From NCBI GenBank assembly GCA_036405175.1, contig DASWYC010000002.1, positions 1-55,891 of the forward strand: a stretch of DNA of 55,891 nucleotides, given 5' to 3'. Every line of letters starts with the position of its first letter. Position 1 is the stretch's first letter. The notes beneath the pieces are model-generated. The model did not search any database. It was not told the DNA's origin and was given only the letters and a program-made list of their open reading frames with translations. This stretch comes from Minisyncoccota bacterium (GTDB lineage Bacteria; Patescibacteriota; Minisyncoccia; Phycocordibacterales; UBA1006). Below are positions 24,744 through 35,015 of the stretch, piece after piece. Made by a program: the position numbers and the translations under genes.

Positions 24744-26528
24744 ATGGAAATTCGCAACATCGCAATCATTGCCCACGTGGACCATGGAAAAACCACTCTT
24801 ACTGACGCGCTCTTGAAGCAGTGCGGTGTTGTTGAGGAAGGCGTTTCAATGGACTCAAACCAGATTGAAAAAGAGCGAGGTATTACTATTTACTCAAAAA
24901 ACACCTCACTCATGTACAAGGGTACAAAAATTAATATTGTAGACACTCCAGGTCACGCCGACTTTGGTGGAGAAGTTGAGCGTGTGCTTCGTGCAATCGA
25001 TACCGTTCTTTTGATTGTGGATGCGCAGGAAGGACCGATGCCGCAAACTCGTTTTGTGCTTCGTAAATCTCTTGAGCTTGGACTTAAGCCTATTTTGGTA
25101 ATTAACAAAATTGATAAGCCTGCGGCAAATCCTCAGAAAGCTCATGATGATGTATATATTCTTATGATGGAACTTGGAGCTACCGATGAACAGCTCGACT
25201 TCACTACTGTGTACGCAATTGGACGTGAAGGTGTTGCAAAGCGTAATCTTTCTGATGAATCAAAAGATTTGAATCCATTGCTTGATGTGATTCTTGAAAA
25301 AGTTCCTGTTTCATCAACTCGTATTGATGGAGACTTTGTTGCGCAGGTATTTAATCTTGGATACGACAACTTCCTTGGACGTCTTGGAGTTACTCGTGTA
25401 TATGAAGGCTCAGTAAAACTCACTGATACTATTACCGTAAAGTCTGGAGACACTTCAACTAAAGGAAAGGCAACTAAACTCTTTACCTTCAATGGAACAG
25501 AACGTGTTGAAGTTGAAGAAGTTTCTGCAGGAGACATTGTGCTTGTTGCAGGATTCCCAGAAATTTCTATTGGAGACACCTTTGTGCTTAATCCTGAAAC
25601 TCCAGCAATGAAAGCAATCTCTATTGATGAGCCAACCATTTCGGTTCGTCTCTTGGTGAACGATTCACCACTTTCTGGAAAAGATGGAAAGTTTGTGACT
25701 ACTCGTCAGATTAAAGAGCGTCTTGAAAAAGAACTTCAGATTAACGTTGGGCTCAAAGTTGATTTTGATGGAGGAGATTCATATACCGTATATGGACGTG
25801 GAGAATTGCACATTGCGGTGCTTCTTGAAAACATGCGTCGTGAAGGATTTGAAATTCAGGTGTCTCAACCGGAAGCAATCATTAAGGAAGTTGACGGCGT
25901 GAAAGTTGAGCCATGGGAAGAATTGGTAATTGATACACCGGATGAATATTCTGGAACCGTGATTGATAAAATTGGTCGCCGTAAGGGACTTATGCAGTCA
26001 CTTAATGTTGATAAAGGAATTGCACGCATTGTATTTGAAATTCCTACCCGTGGACTCATGGGATACCGCGGACAGTTTGTTGTGGATACCAAAGGTCAGG
26101 GAATTCTTTCTTCACGGTTTATTGCCTTTAAGGAATTTGCGGGAGAAATTAAGAAGAAGGAAACCGGTGCAATGATTTCTATGGAAAATGGAAAAGCCTT
26201 GGCGTACGCACTCTGGAACTTGCAGGATCGTGGAACTCTATACATTGGTCCGCAGGCAGAAGTATATGAAGGGATGGTGATTGGAAACACTGTTAAAGGG
26301 GAAGAAATGACGGTGAATCCAACCAAAGGAAAGAATCAATCAAATGTTCGTTCATCTGGAAACGATGAGGCAATTGTATTGAAGCCGTTTGTTGAAGTTA
26401 CGATTGAGCGTGGACTTGAACTTATGTCTGACGATGAATACTTGGAAATTACTCCAAAGATTGTGCGTTTGCGTAAACAGATTTTGAATGAATCAATCCG
26501 CAATCGAGCAGCAAAAAGTAAGGAATAA
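24744..26528 (+). CDS. typA: translational GTPase TypA/BipA
   Basis: [32 protein letters not shown] and NKID; length and domain order are typical. Confidence 0.95.
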   Translation: MEIRNIAIIAHVDHGKTTLTDALLKQCGVVEEGVSMDSNQIEKERGITIYSKNTSLMYKGTKINIVDTPGHADFGGEVERVLRAIDTVLLIVDAQEGPMPQTRFVLRKSLELGLKPILVINKIDKPAANPQKAHDDVYILMMELGATDEQLDFTTVYAIGREGVAKRNLSDESKDLNPLLDVILEKVPVSSTRIDGDFVAQVFNLGYDNFLGRLGVTRVYEGSVKLTDTITVKSGDTSTKGKATKLFTFNGTERVEVEEVSAGDIVLVAGFPEISIGDTFVLNPETPAMKAISIDEPTISVRLLVNDSPLSGKDGKFVTTRQIKERLEKELQINVGLKVDFDGGDSYTVYGRGELHIAVLLENMRREGFEIQVSQPEAIIKEVDGVKVEPWEELVIDTPDEYSGTVIDKIGRRKGLMQSLNVDKGIARIVFEIPTRGLMGYRGQFVVDTKGQGILSSRFIAFKEFAGEIKKKETGAMISMENGKALAYALWNLQDRGTLYIGPQAEVYEGMVIGNTVKGEEMTVNPTKGKNQSNVRSSGNDEAIVLKPFVEVTIERGLELMSDDEYLEITPKIVRLRKQILNESIRNRAAKSKE

Positions 26529-26541
26529 AATTGATTTCTTT

Positions 26542-26571
26542 ATAAAAACCCTGGATATCCAGGGTTTTTAT
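26542..26571 (+). terminator. intrinsic bidirectional-type terminator
   Basis: ataaaaaccctgg atat ccagggtttttat. Confidence 0.7.
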
Positions 26572-26618
26572 AAAGAAGAAATCAGTAACAAGAAGAGTGG
26601 TATAATCATGAAGTACAT

Positions 26619-29600
26619 ATGAATTTTGAGAGTTCATTTAAGCCAAAAGAAGAGGCTATTACCCCTGAGATTGAGCAAGGTATTCAGATAACACCAGAAA
26701 ACCAAGTACTTTCTTCTGAATTTAAAGTTGATCAACAAGAGGTAGTTTCTTTACCAAAGATTCTAAAACTACTACGCACCTCAAGGCTAGGGATTGATAG
26801 TAAAAGGTTTATTGACATTCTCAACAAACAATTTTTTCGTAACGGATTTCTCTATGATCAAGAAAAAAATGAAGCACTGAGAATAAATGGTGATCTTCTT
26901 AATGATTTTGATTATCAGGGAGTAACGCTGAATCAAGAGAACGATAAAGAACTGGTCGATATATATAATCAAATATCTATTGAAATAGATAAAAATTATA
27001 CAAATGATTTAAAAAACCTAGAAGGGATTTCAAAGTTTACAAAGACTTGTTTGCTAAACAATCGAGTCGTGGATTCTTTGCCCGCAAAGTTTTTCAACAT
27101 TCTCAACAAACAATTTTTTCGTAACGGATTTCTCTATGATCAAGAAAAAAATGAAGCACTGAGAATAAATGGTGATCTTCTTAATGATTTTGATTATCAG
27201 GGGATGATTGTATCCCCTCAGCAAGAAGGTGAGATTACTCCACTTATAGATAATCAGAAAAAAATAAACGCCGAAAGAGAGGATGGGAAATTAAATTACC
27301 AGTCACTTAGAAAGTTTAAACAAATTTACATCAGCAAGCTTCTTAAACAGGAAACCTCTAACCTGAAATTTTTCAACATTCTCAACAAACAATTTTTTCG
27401 TAACGGATTTCTCTATGATCAAGAAAAAAATGAAGCACTGAGAATAAATGGTGATCTTCTTAATGATTTTGATTATCAGGGAGCCTTTGTAAAAGACCAG
27501 CAACTCAGAACATTATATGAGAAATTCTTGAACCTCTATCAAGAAAGCCTACCTGAAGGAATGCGCGAAGCAATGCTTGCCTATATAAATACTCCTGAAG
27601 ATCTGTTTATGGGAAGGATGGAACAGCTCATGGATGAGGAAAATAGCATGGATAAATTCCAGGAAATTCAAGATACGCTTGTAGAGATACAAAATGTAGA
27701 AAGAAGAATCAACTTCAAAAAAGAATTCTTTGATGTTTTTATATCAGATCCAGAGTCAGCTGCTGTTGATGAATTATTAACTACTTTTGAGCAGAAAGAT
27801 AATGAAGATATTGAGTTTATACGTGATCTTGCACAACTTGTAGAAAAGAAGCGCTATCTAGAAAAGCTAAAAAGAGCCTTAGACACCGCAAAGAGTCAGT
27901 TCGCTGGGCTCAGGGCTCCGTATGTCCGAGATAATTTTGACAAGACATATACTTCTTTTGACGGTCTTATTTCTGGAAATAGTCGTGAAATTCAAATAGC
28001 AATTCCTTTCCTTGAAACAATTGCAGAGTTTGAAGTTGCTTCTTTTGAAAAAACTCTCTGGGATTTAATTAAGCAGCAGGATATTTTTTCTGAATTTGAA
28101 GATGAGATTCGTCAACAGCTTGCCCTCTATCCTGATCGGCAAAGTATTGGTAGTGTCAGCTTTATTGATTCATTTGAGAAGTTTAAGGAGGAAATTGAAG
28201 AGTATTTGCTATATGTTAAATATATTAAGCGCATTAAAAAAGCTGTTGATATTAGACAATTGTTTACTATAAATTCTGCAGAGGAAGTTCTTAAAAGCAT
28301 AGAAGAATTACCTCGAGAATCAGAAGAAGATTTAATTGTAGCTAAGCAGCTGATTGAGTTTTACAAAAATTATGCAGCAAAAAATAGTGTTGAAGATTTT
28401 GATAAATATTTTGGCGCAGATATTGAATTACGACTTGATAAAAAATTTGAAAGCAAATTTATCAATCCAGAGCGTGGAAGAAATAGAGATGCCATGCAGT
28501 ACTTGCGAGAAAATCTTAAGGCTACACTGTTCCCATTGATTGAATTTTATAAGCAAGAAAATGATCCAGAAATTCAAAAGGTTGTTGAATCTGTTTTGGG
28601 AGATACTACCGAGAAACGACGCTATGAGCAGCGACTCATTCACATTGCAAGTCAGCGACAACTTTCTGATCGTGAGCTTTCATATCTTCAATCAGTAGAG
28701 CTACTCTCATTGTTTAATCCGTTTGTTGTAACAACCCTTTTGGCTGATTTTGGTGTAACTCAGGAGTTCCTTAAACACCACTTTACGCAACAATCAGAAA
28801 AAACTCTTCAAGAACTTGATGAGAATCCATACGTGCCAATGGTGGTTATTGGTACTGGACCAAGTGGTGTAACTGCAATGGGAGAAATCACAAGAAATAA
28901 TCCTCTGCTTGCTCAACAAACATTGGTAGTTGATGATGGTCTTGTGCCGGGTGGTCCATTTGCAATACCGGAAGGGCCGGCCTGGGAACTTAACAGTGCT
29001 AATCGTAGAGGATTGGGAGGATATATTTTGCCAGATAGTGTGCCTGTGAAAAAAGAAAAAGCATCTGTGCGTGGATATGGTAGCCCATTTAGATATTATC
29101 CTGGAGAGCGTAATGAGGGTGAAACGGTACGTGCAGGAAGTATTAATACAGCGGTAGATTACTTGCCGGTGCCAGATGATCTTTCAAATGCACGCTATCC
29201 AACCAATGAAGAATTGCAAGCCGTACTTGCAACACAAACGGCATTGCTGACTAAAAAACTTGCTTTATCTACGAAAGTTCTTCGTGTTGAACCGAATGAA
29301 GACCATAGTCAGCAGGGTACTAAAAAAGTTACTTTGGAAATTAGAAACGGTGATCAATCGTACACAAAAACTATTTTCACTGATGCAATGATTGTTTCTA
29401 CGGGGCTTGGAGAGGCAAACTTGGGAATTAATCTTCCTGGCTCAAAACTCGAGAAGGTTTTGGAAATACAAAAAGGAGTAGAAGGATTTCCTCGTGTTAC
29501 CACAACACTAGAGGCATTTAATAAACTTGCATCTCGTACTCAAGAGCCGTTGTCTCCGGGAGAGACCATTGTAATTTATGGAGATGGAAACTCTGCTGAT

Positions 29601-30695
29601 ACGATGATTGAGTTTATTGGAAATATTTTTAACTCAACAAATCCTCGTGTTCGTGAGACTACAAAGATCTATGTAATTTCTAAGGGGCAATTTAGTACGC
29701 GTCCCCGCTACTCATTGATTGGAGATATTAAGGCGCGTAATGGCCGAGGGAATTTGGTTGAAATTATTCAGGGGCGTGTTGGCGATGTTGGTTTTAGTGA
29801 TCAAAATGATCCTGAAAGCCCTCTTGCGCTCTATGATGCCCAAGGCAATGAAATCACTGACAATAATGGAAAAGTTATTCGCGCAAATAGTGTTATTGCT
29901 GCAACCGGGTTTAAGCCAGAGCTTACTCAAGTTTTTGAAGAGTTGATTGATGATGGTGATAATTTAAATGCCAAGAATAAAACAGGGACCACTCCTTTGG
30001 TGCTTCCAACAAATAATGATGTTGCTGTTGCTGAAACACTTACCAATGATCCAACAATCTTGTTTGTAGGAACTGCATCAAATCCTGCATTTAATCTAGA
30101 AAAATATGCTCAATTGCCCCAAGAAGCACGTGAAGCATTGTTGCGTAATGGTGCAGAAAATGCAGTTGCTATTGGATTTAGAGCTCCCGATACACAGGCT
30201 GCGCTCAATATTTGGCTTAATAAACAGGAAATTACTCTTAATCCAGTTGAGCCTGAAGTAAAAAAGAAGATTGTTTTGTCTGAGGATGACTTAGTAAATG
30301 GACCCCATAAATTGGGTATTATACAAGAAGAAGTTTCTATCCCTAATAATGTGCGACGATTTGAATTAATTATAGCCCCAGTTATTGCCTATAATTTGGG
30401 AAATGCAATAGAGATTTTTGATACAGAAGGAAAAGGCATAACGCAGGACTTTGAATTTACGATTGTCCAGGGTGAAGATGGAATGCTCTCTTTGGAATAT
30501 CCAGAAGGTCAGAAGCCTATTAATCAAGAACTCTATAGATCAGTTATTGATGCTGTTTCTGACGATACAGTTCTAACGTATGTAGGCATGGTTCTTAAGA
30601 GAAAAAGAGTACGGTCTGGGCGACTTAAGAATTTAATGTTTAATATTAGTTTTAAGAATGGTAAGTGTAATCCAGGAGGCTTCTTTGTGGAATAA
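26619..30695 (+). CDS. 1358-aa protein: N-terminal triple repeat module, helical middle, C-terminal FAD/NAD(P)-binding oxidoreductase-like region
   Basis: Uninterrupted ORF. The first dinucleotide-binding motif is VVIGTGPSGVTAMGE, the second is IVIYGDGNSADTMIEF, and ATGFKPE follows later, as in flavin monooxygenase/oxidoreductase folds. No signal peptide. Confidence 0.65.
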   Translation: MNFESSFKPKEEAITPEIEQGIQITPENQVLSSEFKVDQQEVVSLPKILKLLRTSRLGIDSKRFIDILNKQFFRNGFLYDQEKNEALRINGDLLNDFDYQGVTLNQENDKELVDIYNQISIEIDKNYTNDLKNLEGISKFTKTCLLNNRVVDSLPAKFFNILNKQFFRNGFLYDQEKNEALRINGDLLNDFDYQGMIVSPQQEGEITPLIDNQKKINAEREDGKLNYQSLRKFKQIYISKLLKQETSNLKFFNILNKQFFRNGFLYDQEKNEALRINGDLLNDFDYQGAFVKDQQLRTLYEKFLNLYQESLPEGMREAMLAYINTPEDLFMGRMEQLMDEENSMDKFQEIQDTLVEIQNVERRINFKKEFFDVFISDPESAAVDELLTTFEQKDNEDIEFIRDLAQLVEKKRYLEKLKRALDTAKSQFAGLRAPYVRDNFDKTYTSFDGLISGNSREIQIAIPFLETIAEFEVASFEKTLWDLIKQQDIFSEFEDEIRQQLALYPDRQSIGSVSFIDSFEKFKEEIEEYLLYVKYIKRIKKAVDIRQLFTINSAEEVLKSIEELPRESEEDLIVAKQLIEFYKNYAAKNSVEDFDKYFGADIELRLDKKFESKFINPERGRNRDAMQYLRENLKATLFPLIEFYKQENDPEIQKVVESVLGDTTEKRRYEQRLIHIASQRQLSDRELSYLQSVELLSLFNPFVVTTLLADFGVTQEFLKHHFTQQSEKTLQELDENPYVPMVVIGTGPSGVTAMGEITRNNPLLAQQTLVVDDGLVPGGPFAIPEGPAWELNSANRRGLGGYILPDSVPVKKEKASVRGYGSPFRYYPGERNEGETVRAGSINTAVDYLPVPDDLSNARYPTNEELQAVLATQTALLTKKLALSTKVLRVEPNEDHSQQGTKKVTLEIRNGDQSYTKTIFTDAMIVSTGLGEANLGINLPGSKLEKVLEIQKGVEGFPRVTTTLEAFNKLASRTQEPLSPGETIVIYGDGNSADTMIEFIGNIFNSTNPRVRETTKIYVISKGQFSTRPRYSLIGDIKARNGRGNLVEIIQGRVGDVGFSDQNDPESPLALYDAQGNEITDNNGKVIRANSVIAATGFKPELTQVFEELIDDGDNLNAKNKTGTTPLVLPTNNDVAVAETLTNDPTILFVGTASNPAFNLEKYAQLPQEAREALLRNGAENAVAIGFRAPDTQAALNIWLNKQEITLNPVEPEVKKKIVLSEDDLVNGPHKLGIIQEEVSIPNNVRRFELIIAPVIAYNLGNAIEIFDTEGKGITQDFEFTIVQGEDGMLSLEYPEGQKPINQELYRSVIDAVSDDTVLTYVGMVLKRKRVRSGRLKNLMFNISFKNGKCNPGGFFVE
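26815..26920 (+). repeat. intragenic perfect repeat copy 1 (106 bp)
   Basis: Identical base for base to 27097-27202 and 27376-27481. It encodes ILNKQFFRNGFLYDQEKNEALRINGDLLNDFDYQG. Confidence 0.95.
27097..27202 (+). repeat. intragenic perfect repeat copy 2
   Basis: Starts 282 bp after the start of copy 1. Confidence 0.95.
27376..27481 (+). repeat. intragenic perfect repeat copy 3
   Basis: Starts 279 bp after the start of copy 2. Copies 2 and 3 also share tttttcaac upstream. Confidence 0.95.
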
Positions 30696-30741
30696 AATAC
30701 CATGCAACTGAAAAGTTGCATGGTATTTTACGTGATAGGAT

Positions 30742-31263
30742 TTATCGATGCCAGCGAGATCCTCCAACGGCAACAATTGCTCGTTCAATAACATTTTTTA
30801 CATATTCAGGATCGTTCACCATTTTGAAATCAAATTCACGCGTAGTTCCTGAAGACTGAATATTGATGTCTCCATATTTAAGAATGGTTGCTAGGAATCC
30901 TCGGGTATCAATAACAAGATCTTGAATATCATCTAAACGTATAACCGCAATGTTTCTCGAGAACAAACCACGCTGTTCAATATCAATGACACGTTCCGTC
31001 GTAATCACCCACGTATCAAGTACTCTATCTGTCCATGCAACAAAAAAGAAATTCCAGATTACCATTGCAAATGCAATAGCACTGCCCCATAAATATCGGA
31101 GAGAATCTTCGCTCAAATATGAATTTGAGAAATTGGTAATATAGAGTGCAATTAAAAACGGAATACCTCCAAGAATTGCTGCACGTAATGCATCAAGGAA
31201 AATTGCAAGCCAGTGCACGCGAGCAATATAGATAATTTTTTCATTCGGGTTAAGCTGAATCAT
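30742..31263 (-). CDS. membrane protein with bacterial PH domain (YdbS/YdbT-like)
   Basis: NEKIIYIARVHWLAIF is followed by two transmembrane helices and a C-terminal PH-like beta region. Confidence 0.55.
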   Translation of the reverse strand: MIQLNPNEKIIYIARVHWLAIFLDALRAAILGGIPFLIALYITNFSNSYLSEDSLRYLWGSAIAFAMVIWNFFFVAWTDRVLDTWVITTERVIDIEQRGLFSRNIAVIRLDDIQDLVIDTRGFLATILKYGDINIQSSGTTREFDFKMVNDPEYVKNVIERAIVAVGGSRWHR

Positions 31264-31484
31264 ATAAATGGTGAGAATTGATTAAGAAGCGCAACAATAC
31301 CAAGCGCAAGTCCGAACAAATAAATAAGTACGCCAAAAGTAAGCTCTTTGCTGATGCTAAAGCTAAACCAGTGATACAACAGTGCTGCGGCGCAGATAGC
31401 GGAAATGGCCAACACCATGCCTAAAATAATAACTGCCATAGGGATAGTATAGCGCATTAGTCTTTTAAGAGAATACCCACGCAC
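31260..31484 (-). CDS. small two-helix membrane protein
   Basis: Hydrophobic 74-aa ORF with a 4-nt overlap onto the downstream gene. Confidence 0.4.
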   Translation of the reverse strand: MRGYSLKRLMRYTIPMAVIILGMVLAISAICAAALLYHWFSFSISKELTFGVLIYLFGLALGIVALLNQFSPFI

Positions 31485-32119
31485 ATCATCTTGAAATAGC
31501 CTGTTTTTGCGAGGAGATTCTGGGCAGCACGCATGGTTGAACCGGAGGTGATAATATCATCAAGGATAATAAGGTGAGAAGTTTGAGGTGGAAGGGTGCT
31601 GCCAAGCTTAAACTGCTTAAGCGATGCTTGTTCCCGCTCAGCTTTTGTTGAAAGACTATGATGCGTTTTGGTGCCGACATTTAAGAGCGTTTTTGGATAG
31701 ACGTTTACACGATACCTATACCTGGCAAGAAGATAAGCAAATTCATGTGCAATTAATAACGTCTGATCGTGTCCAAACTCTTGAACATTCTTTTTGGTGC
31801 GAGGAAGTGGAATAACGGCAATTTGTTCGGATTTTAGATTTTGTAAGAGAGGTTTTAACCGTAGGACTAATAATATTGCACATAGCTTTGCAATAGCATG
31901 AGAAGGAAATCGCTTAATCAACAACATGTAGGAGCGGATCAGTTTTTGGGAATATGAACAGCATGCATAAAATCCATCAACTGATACAAAGTTATTTTGT
32001 ACTATCTTGGTGGCACATGAGTTGCAAATTTGTGATCCATAAACTCGGCATACCTTACAATATGTTGGATACCAAACTGCAAGTACCGTTCGTATCATCC
32101 TCATAATACTTCTCATCAT
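31457..32119 (-). CDS. comFC: ComF-family phosphoribosyltransferase-fold protein
   Basis: An N-terminal Cys cluster (CKVCRVYGSQICNSC) is combined with the PRTase motif LIILDDIITSGSTMRAA. Confidence 0.75.
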   Translation of the reverse strand: MMRSIMRMIRTVLAVWYPTYCKVCRVYGSQICNSCATKIVQNNFVSVDGFYACCSYSQKLIRSYMLLIKRFPSHAIAKLCAILLVLRLKPLLQNLKSEQIAVIPLPRTKKNVQEFGHDQTLLIAHEFAYLLARYRYRVNVYPKTLLNVGTKTHHSLSTKAEREQASLKQFKLGSTLPPQTSHLIILDDIITSGSTMRAAQNLLAKTGYFKMMCVGILLKD

Positions 32120-32133
32120 GATATACTTTGTAC

Positions 32134-33210
32134 ATGATTCCGCTCTTAGATACTATTAAAAAATCACTAGGTTCTTTGTTGCCACAAGAGCGTCCTTCAA
32201 AGGTGCTGGGTATTGATATCGGGACTTCATCGCTTAAGATTGTTGAGCTTACCAATGCATTTGGAAAACTTTCACTTTCAACCTATGGAGAGGTGGTGCT
32301 TGGTCCATACGACAGCAAGGAAGCATGGGAAGTGGTTACCCCTACTTCAGATATGATTGATAAAGCACTCGGTGATATTATGCGCGAGGCTCAAGCAACA
32401 GCACCCGTTGCTGGGATTGGAATTTCATCAGTTTCATCATTTATTTTTATCCTTAACCTTCCGAATGTTCCTGAAGAAATGCTTGGACCTGCTGTGGTGA
32501 ACGAAGTGCGTAAATTCTTACCAATTGATCCATCACAAATTTCACTTGATTGGTATGAGTTGCCAAAGCTTTCTTTTCAAAATGTAGATACCAAAGAGGT
32601 ACTCGTTGCAGCTATTAAAAACGACATTCTTTCAACGATGAAAGTGGGAATTCCTTCAACACTTTTCACGCAATCGTTCTATGAGATTGAGACTTTTTCA
32701 ATCTTACGCTCTGCCTATAAGCGTGAACTTTCAACTACGGCACTCATTGACTGCGGAGCATCAGCAACACGTGTGGCCTGTACGCAGTTTGGTATTTTAC
32801 GCACCATTCAAACTATTAAACGCGGAGGATATCAGCTTACGGAAGCACTCCGTGTTGAACTTGGTAATGTAAATTTTAAGGATGCTGAAATTCATAAAAA
32901 GAAAAATGCTAGTCCGGCAAATTCTCAAGCGGTAAAAACCTATTGTGATGCACTTATTAGTGAAATCATGGGAGTTATTAATAAATATGAACAGACTGAA
33001 AAATCAACGGTGTCGCGCATTATTCTTTCTGGTGGAGCATCACGCCTGCAAGGGTTTAAAGAAATGATTGAAGCAAAGTCAAAAAAGGAAGTGGTTTTTA
33101 TAAATCCATTCGAAAAAGTTGAAACACCGTCAATGCTTCATGATCCGTTGTATCAAAGCGGTCCAGAATTTGGGCAAGCTGCTGGTTTGGCACTCAAACT
33201 TTTTTCATAA
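32134..33210 (+). CDS. pilM: type IV pilus assembly protein PilM (actin-like ATPase fold)
   Basis: VLGIDIGTSSLKIVEL, ILSGGASRL. The start was moved to ATG 32134, with TGaTATACT exactly 6 nt upstream. The track uses TTG 32128. Confidence 0.85.
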   Translation: MIPLLDTIKKSLGSLLPQERPSKVLGIDIGTSSLKIVELTNAFGKLSLSTYGEVVLGPYDSKEAWEVVTPTSDMIDKALGDIMREAQATAPVAGIGISSVSSFIFILNLPNVPEEMLGPAVVNEVRKFLPIDPSQISLDWYELPKLSFQNVDTKEVLVAAIKNDILSTMKVGIPSTLFTQSFYEIETFSILRSAYKRELSTTALIDCGASATRVACTQFGILRTIQTIKRGGYQLTEALRVELGNVNFKDAEIHKKKNASPANSQAVKTYCDALISEIMGVINKYEQTEKSTVSRIILSGGASRLQGFKEMIEAKSKKEVVFINPFEKVETPSMLHDPLYQSGPEFGQAAGLALKLFS

Positions 33211-33267
33211 AAGAGTGGATATCACTAAACGTATCAAACATGTACGGTATACTTATATTTGATAGCT

Positions 33268-34077
33268 ATGCCTGAGAATTTTCAAACTTCGTTCATCCCA
33301 AAAACACCATTTGCACCATTGCCTGACCGCGTGGTGGTTGATGATATTCATCGAGGTCCAGGATTCTTAGGAATTCTTGCATATTTTTTGTTGTTTATTT
33401 CTGTCGCAGTATCGGGAGGAATTTTGTGGTATCGCACCTCAATTTCTCAGGCAATTGACCGTGATCTTCTGTTGCTTGAAAAAGCAGAAACAACACTTGA
33501 CCAAACTTTGCTTCAAGAGGTTCGTAATTTAGATAATCGCATTGCAATTTCTCAGCGTATTATGGATCGTCACTACTCGGTGGCGTATGTACTTGATATG
33601 CTCGGAAAAGAAACCACGCCGTCCGTTCAATTTGAATCATTCCGCTTTGGACAAGAGGAAGGAAATTATGTGATGCAACTTGATGGATTTGCAAAGAACT
33701 ATACGGCAATTGCGGAACAGTCACGTTCATTTTCTGAAACGGCATACTTTAAAGATCACTTGTTCTCAGGAATTGCACTTGATGATATGAAGGAGCAAGT
33801 ACGATTCAAGCTTGAGATTGTTGTTCCTCTTGCTGAGATTTCATTTAAAAAAGTTATTGGTGAACGTGCACCAATGGTAGTACCTGCTACTCCAATAATC
33901 ACACCAACTGAGCCAATGTTGCCAGTTGTTGATGGTCCGGTTCCTCCTGCAAATCAAACACAGACTGGTATTGATCAGATTCGTGAGATTTTTGAAGGGA
34001 ATAGTGGAGTGAGCACTACGCCGGTTGGTCCAACTGCTCCAATGTCGACCCCGACCACTACCGTTCCTCAGAATTAA
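33268..34077 (+). CDS. PilN-like bitopic pilus assembly protein with Pro/Thr-rich tail
   Basis: Called from its position after pilM and a single transmembrane helix (FLGILAYFLLFISVAVSGGILWY). ATG at 33268. Confidence 0.5.
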   Translation: MPENFQTSFIPKTPFAPLPDRVVVDDIHRGPGFLGILAYFLLFISVAVSGGILWYRTSISQAIDRDLLLLEKAETTLDQTLLQEVRNLDNRIAISQRIMDRHYSVAYVLDMLGKETTPSVQFESFRFGQEEGNYVMQLDGFAKNYTAIAEQSRSFSETAYFKDHLFSGIALDDMKEQVRFKLEIVVPLAEISFKKVIGERAPMVVPATPIITPTEPMLPVVDGPVPPANQTQTGIDQIREIFEGNSGVSTTPVGPTAPMSTPTTTVPQN

Positions 34078-34080
34078 TAT

Positions 34081-34650
34081 ATGTCAAAAAGCATCATCTC
34101 AATCTTAGTTATGGCACTCTCGGTTGGAATCTTCATACTTGTGGGAAAGCCTGCGTATGATGAAATTGCACTTCTTAAAGAACAGAAGACGGTAATTTCT
34201 GCTGCAGGAGAAACTGCAAAAAGTCTTCAGGCATCATGGGGTGATTTGGTGAATCGATACAATGCAGTATCGGATACTGATAAGGAGCGTCTTGAACTCA
34301 TGACACCAAGCTTTGTTGATAATGTAAAACTCATGATTGAAATTGAAGAGCTTGCAAAGAAGCATAAGCTCAGCCTTAAGGACATTGATATTGATAAAGA
34401 TAAGGAGACTCAATCAGGATCAGTTCAGGATGTGAGCAATGCAGAAAAATCTATTGGTATTAAGTTTAAAGTAACAGGTAAGTATCAAGATTTCCTAGGA
34501 TTCTTAGCCGAGCTCGAATATAGTTTGCGCGTGGTGGATGTTAAATCACTTTCATTCCGTCCAGAGCGTGGTACGGTTAAAGATCTTAAGAAACCGATTG
34601 ATTACTACAGCTACGATGTCGAAGTAACTACCTATTGGCTCCCTCAATAA
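34081..34650 (+). CDS. PilO-like bitopic pilus assembly protein
   Basis: N-terminal transmembrane helix, coiled-coil segment, and position in the pil operon. Confidence 0.5.
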   Translation: MSKSIISILVMALSVGIFILVGKPAYDEIALLKEQKTVISAAGETAKSLQASWGDLVNRYNAVSDTDKERLELMTPSFVDNVKLMIEIEELAKKHKLSLKDIDIDKDKETQSGSVQDVSNAEKSIGIKFKVTGKYQDFLGFLAELEYSLRVVDVKSLSFRPERGTVKDLKKPIDYYSYDVEVTTYWLPQ

Positions 34651-34654
34651 TTGT

Positions 34655-34993
34655 ATGAATAAGAACCTTCTCGTAATCCTCATCATTGCACTCTTTGGCG
34701 GCGCTATCTACTTTGTTCAGCGTTCAGGGGTAATTAATCTCGGTGAACTTTCTGCTGAAGACAGTAACACGCTTATCCAAGAAATTCAGGATCGCTCATC
34801 AGCAATTTCATTAATGCTTTCAAGTGTTCAGGCAATTAAAATGGATACAACTTTTTTGCAAAGTCCTGAATTCCAGGCACTTATCCCGCTCAATGCTGTA
34901 ATTTTGTTACCAAGCAATCTTGGGCGTGAAAATCCATTCTTGGAAATGGCAGGTTCTGCCAAAACTACTACAACTACTACCAAAACTAACTAA
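34655..34993 (+). CDS. small bitopic membrane protein of the pil operon
   Basis: Transmembrane helix LLVILIIALFGGAIYFV with a Thr-rich tail. Confidence 0.4.
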   Translation: MNKNLLVILIIALFGGAIYFVQRSGVINLGELSAEDSNTLIQEIQDRSSAISLMLSSVQAIKMDTTFLQSPEFQALIPLNAVILLPSNLGRENPFLEMAGSAKTTTTTTKTN

Positions 34994-35015
34994 GAGGCAG
35001 TGATATACTGATACT

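Noticed and set aside
26815-27481. Regularly spaced identical repeats that superficially resemble a CRISPR array
   Set aside because: The repeats are 106 bp with spacers of about 175 bp, far outside CRISPR dimensions. All lie in frame inside one uninterrupted 1358-aa ORF, only three copies exist, and there are no cas genes.
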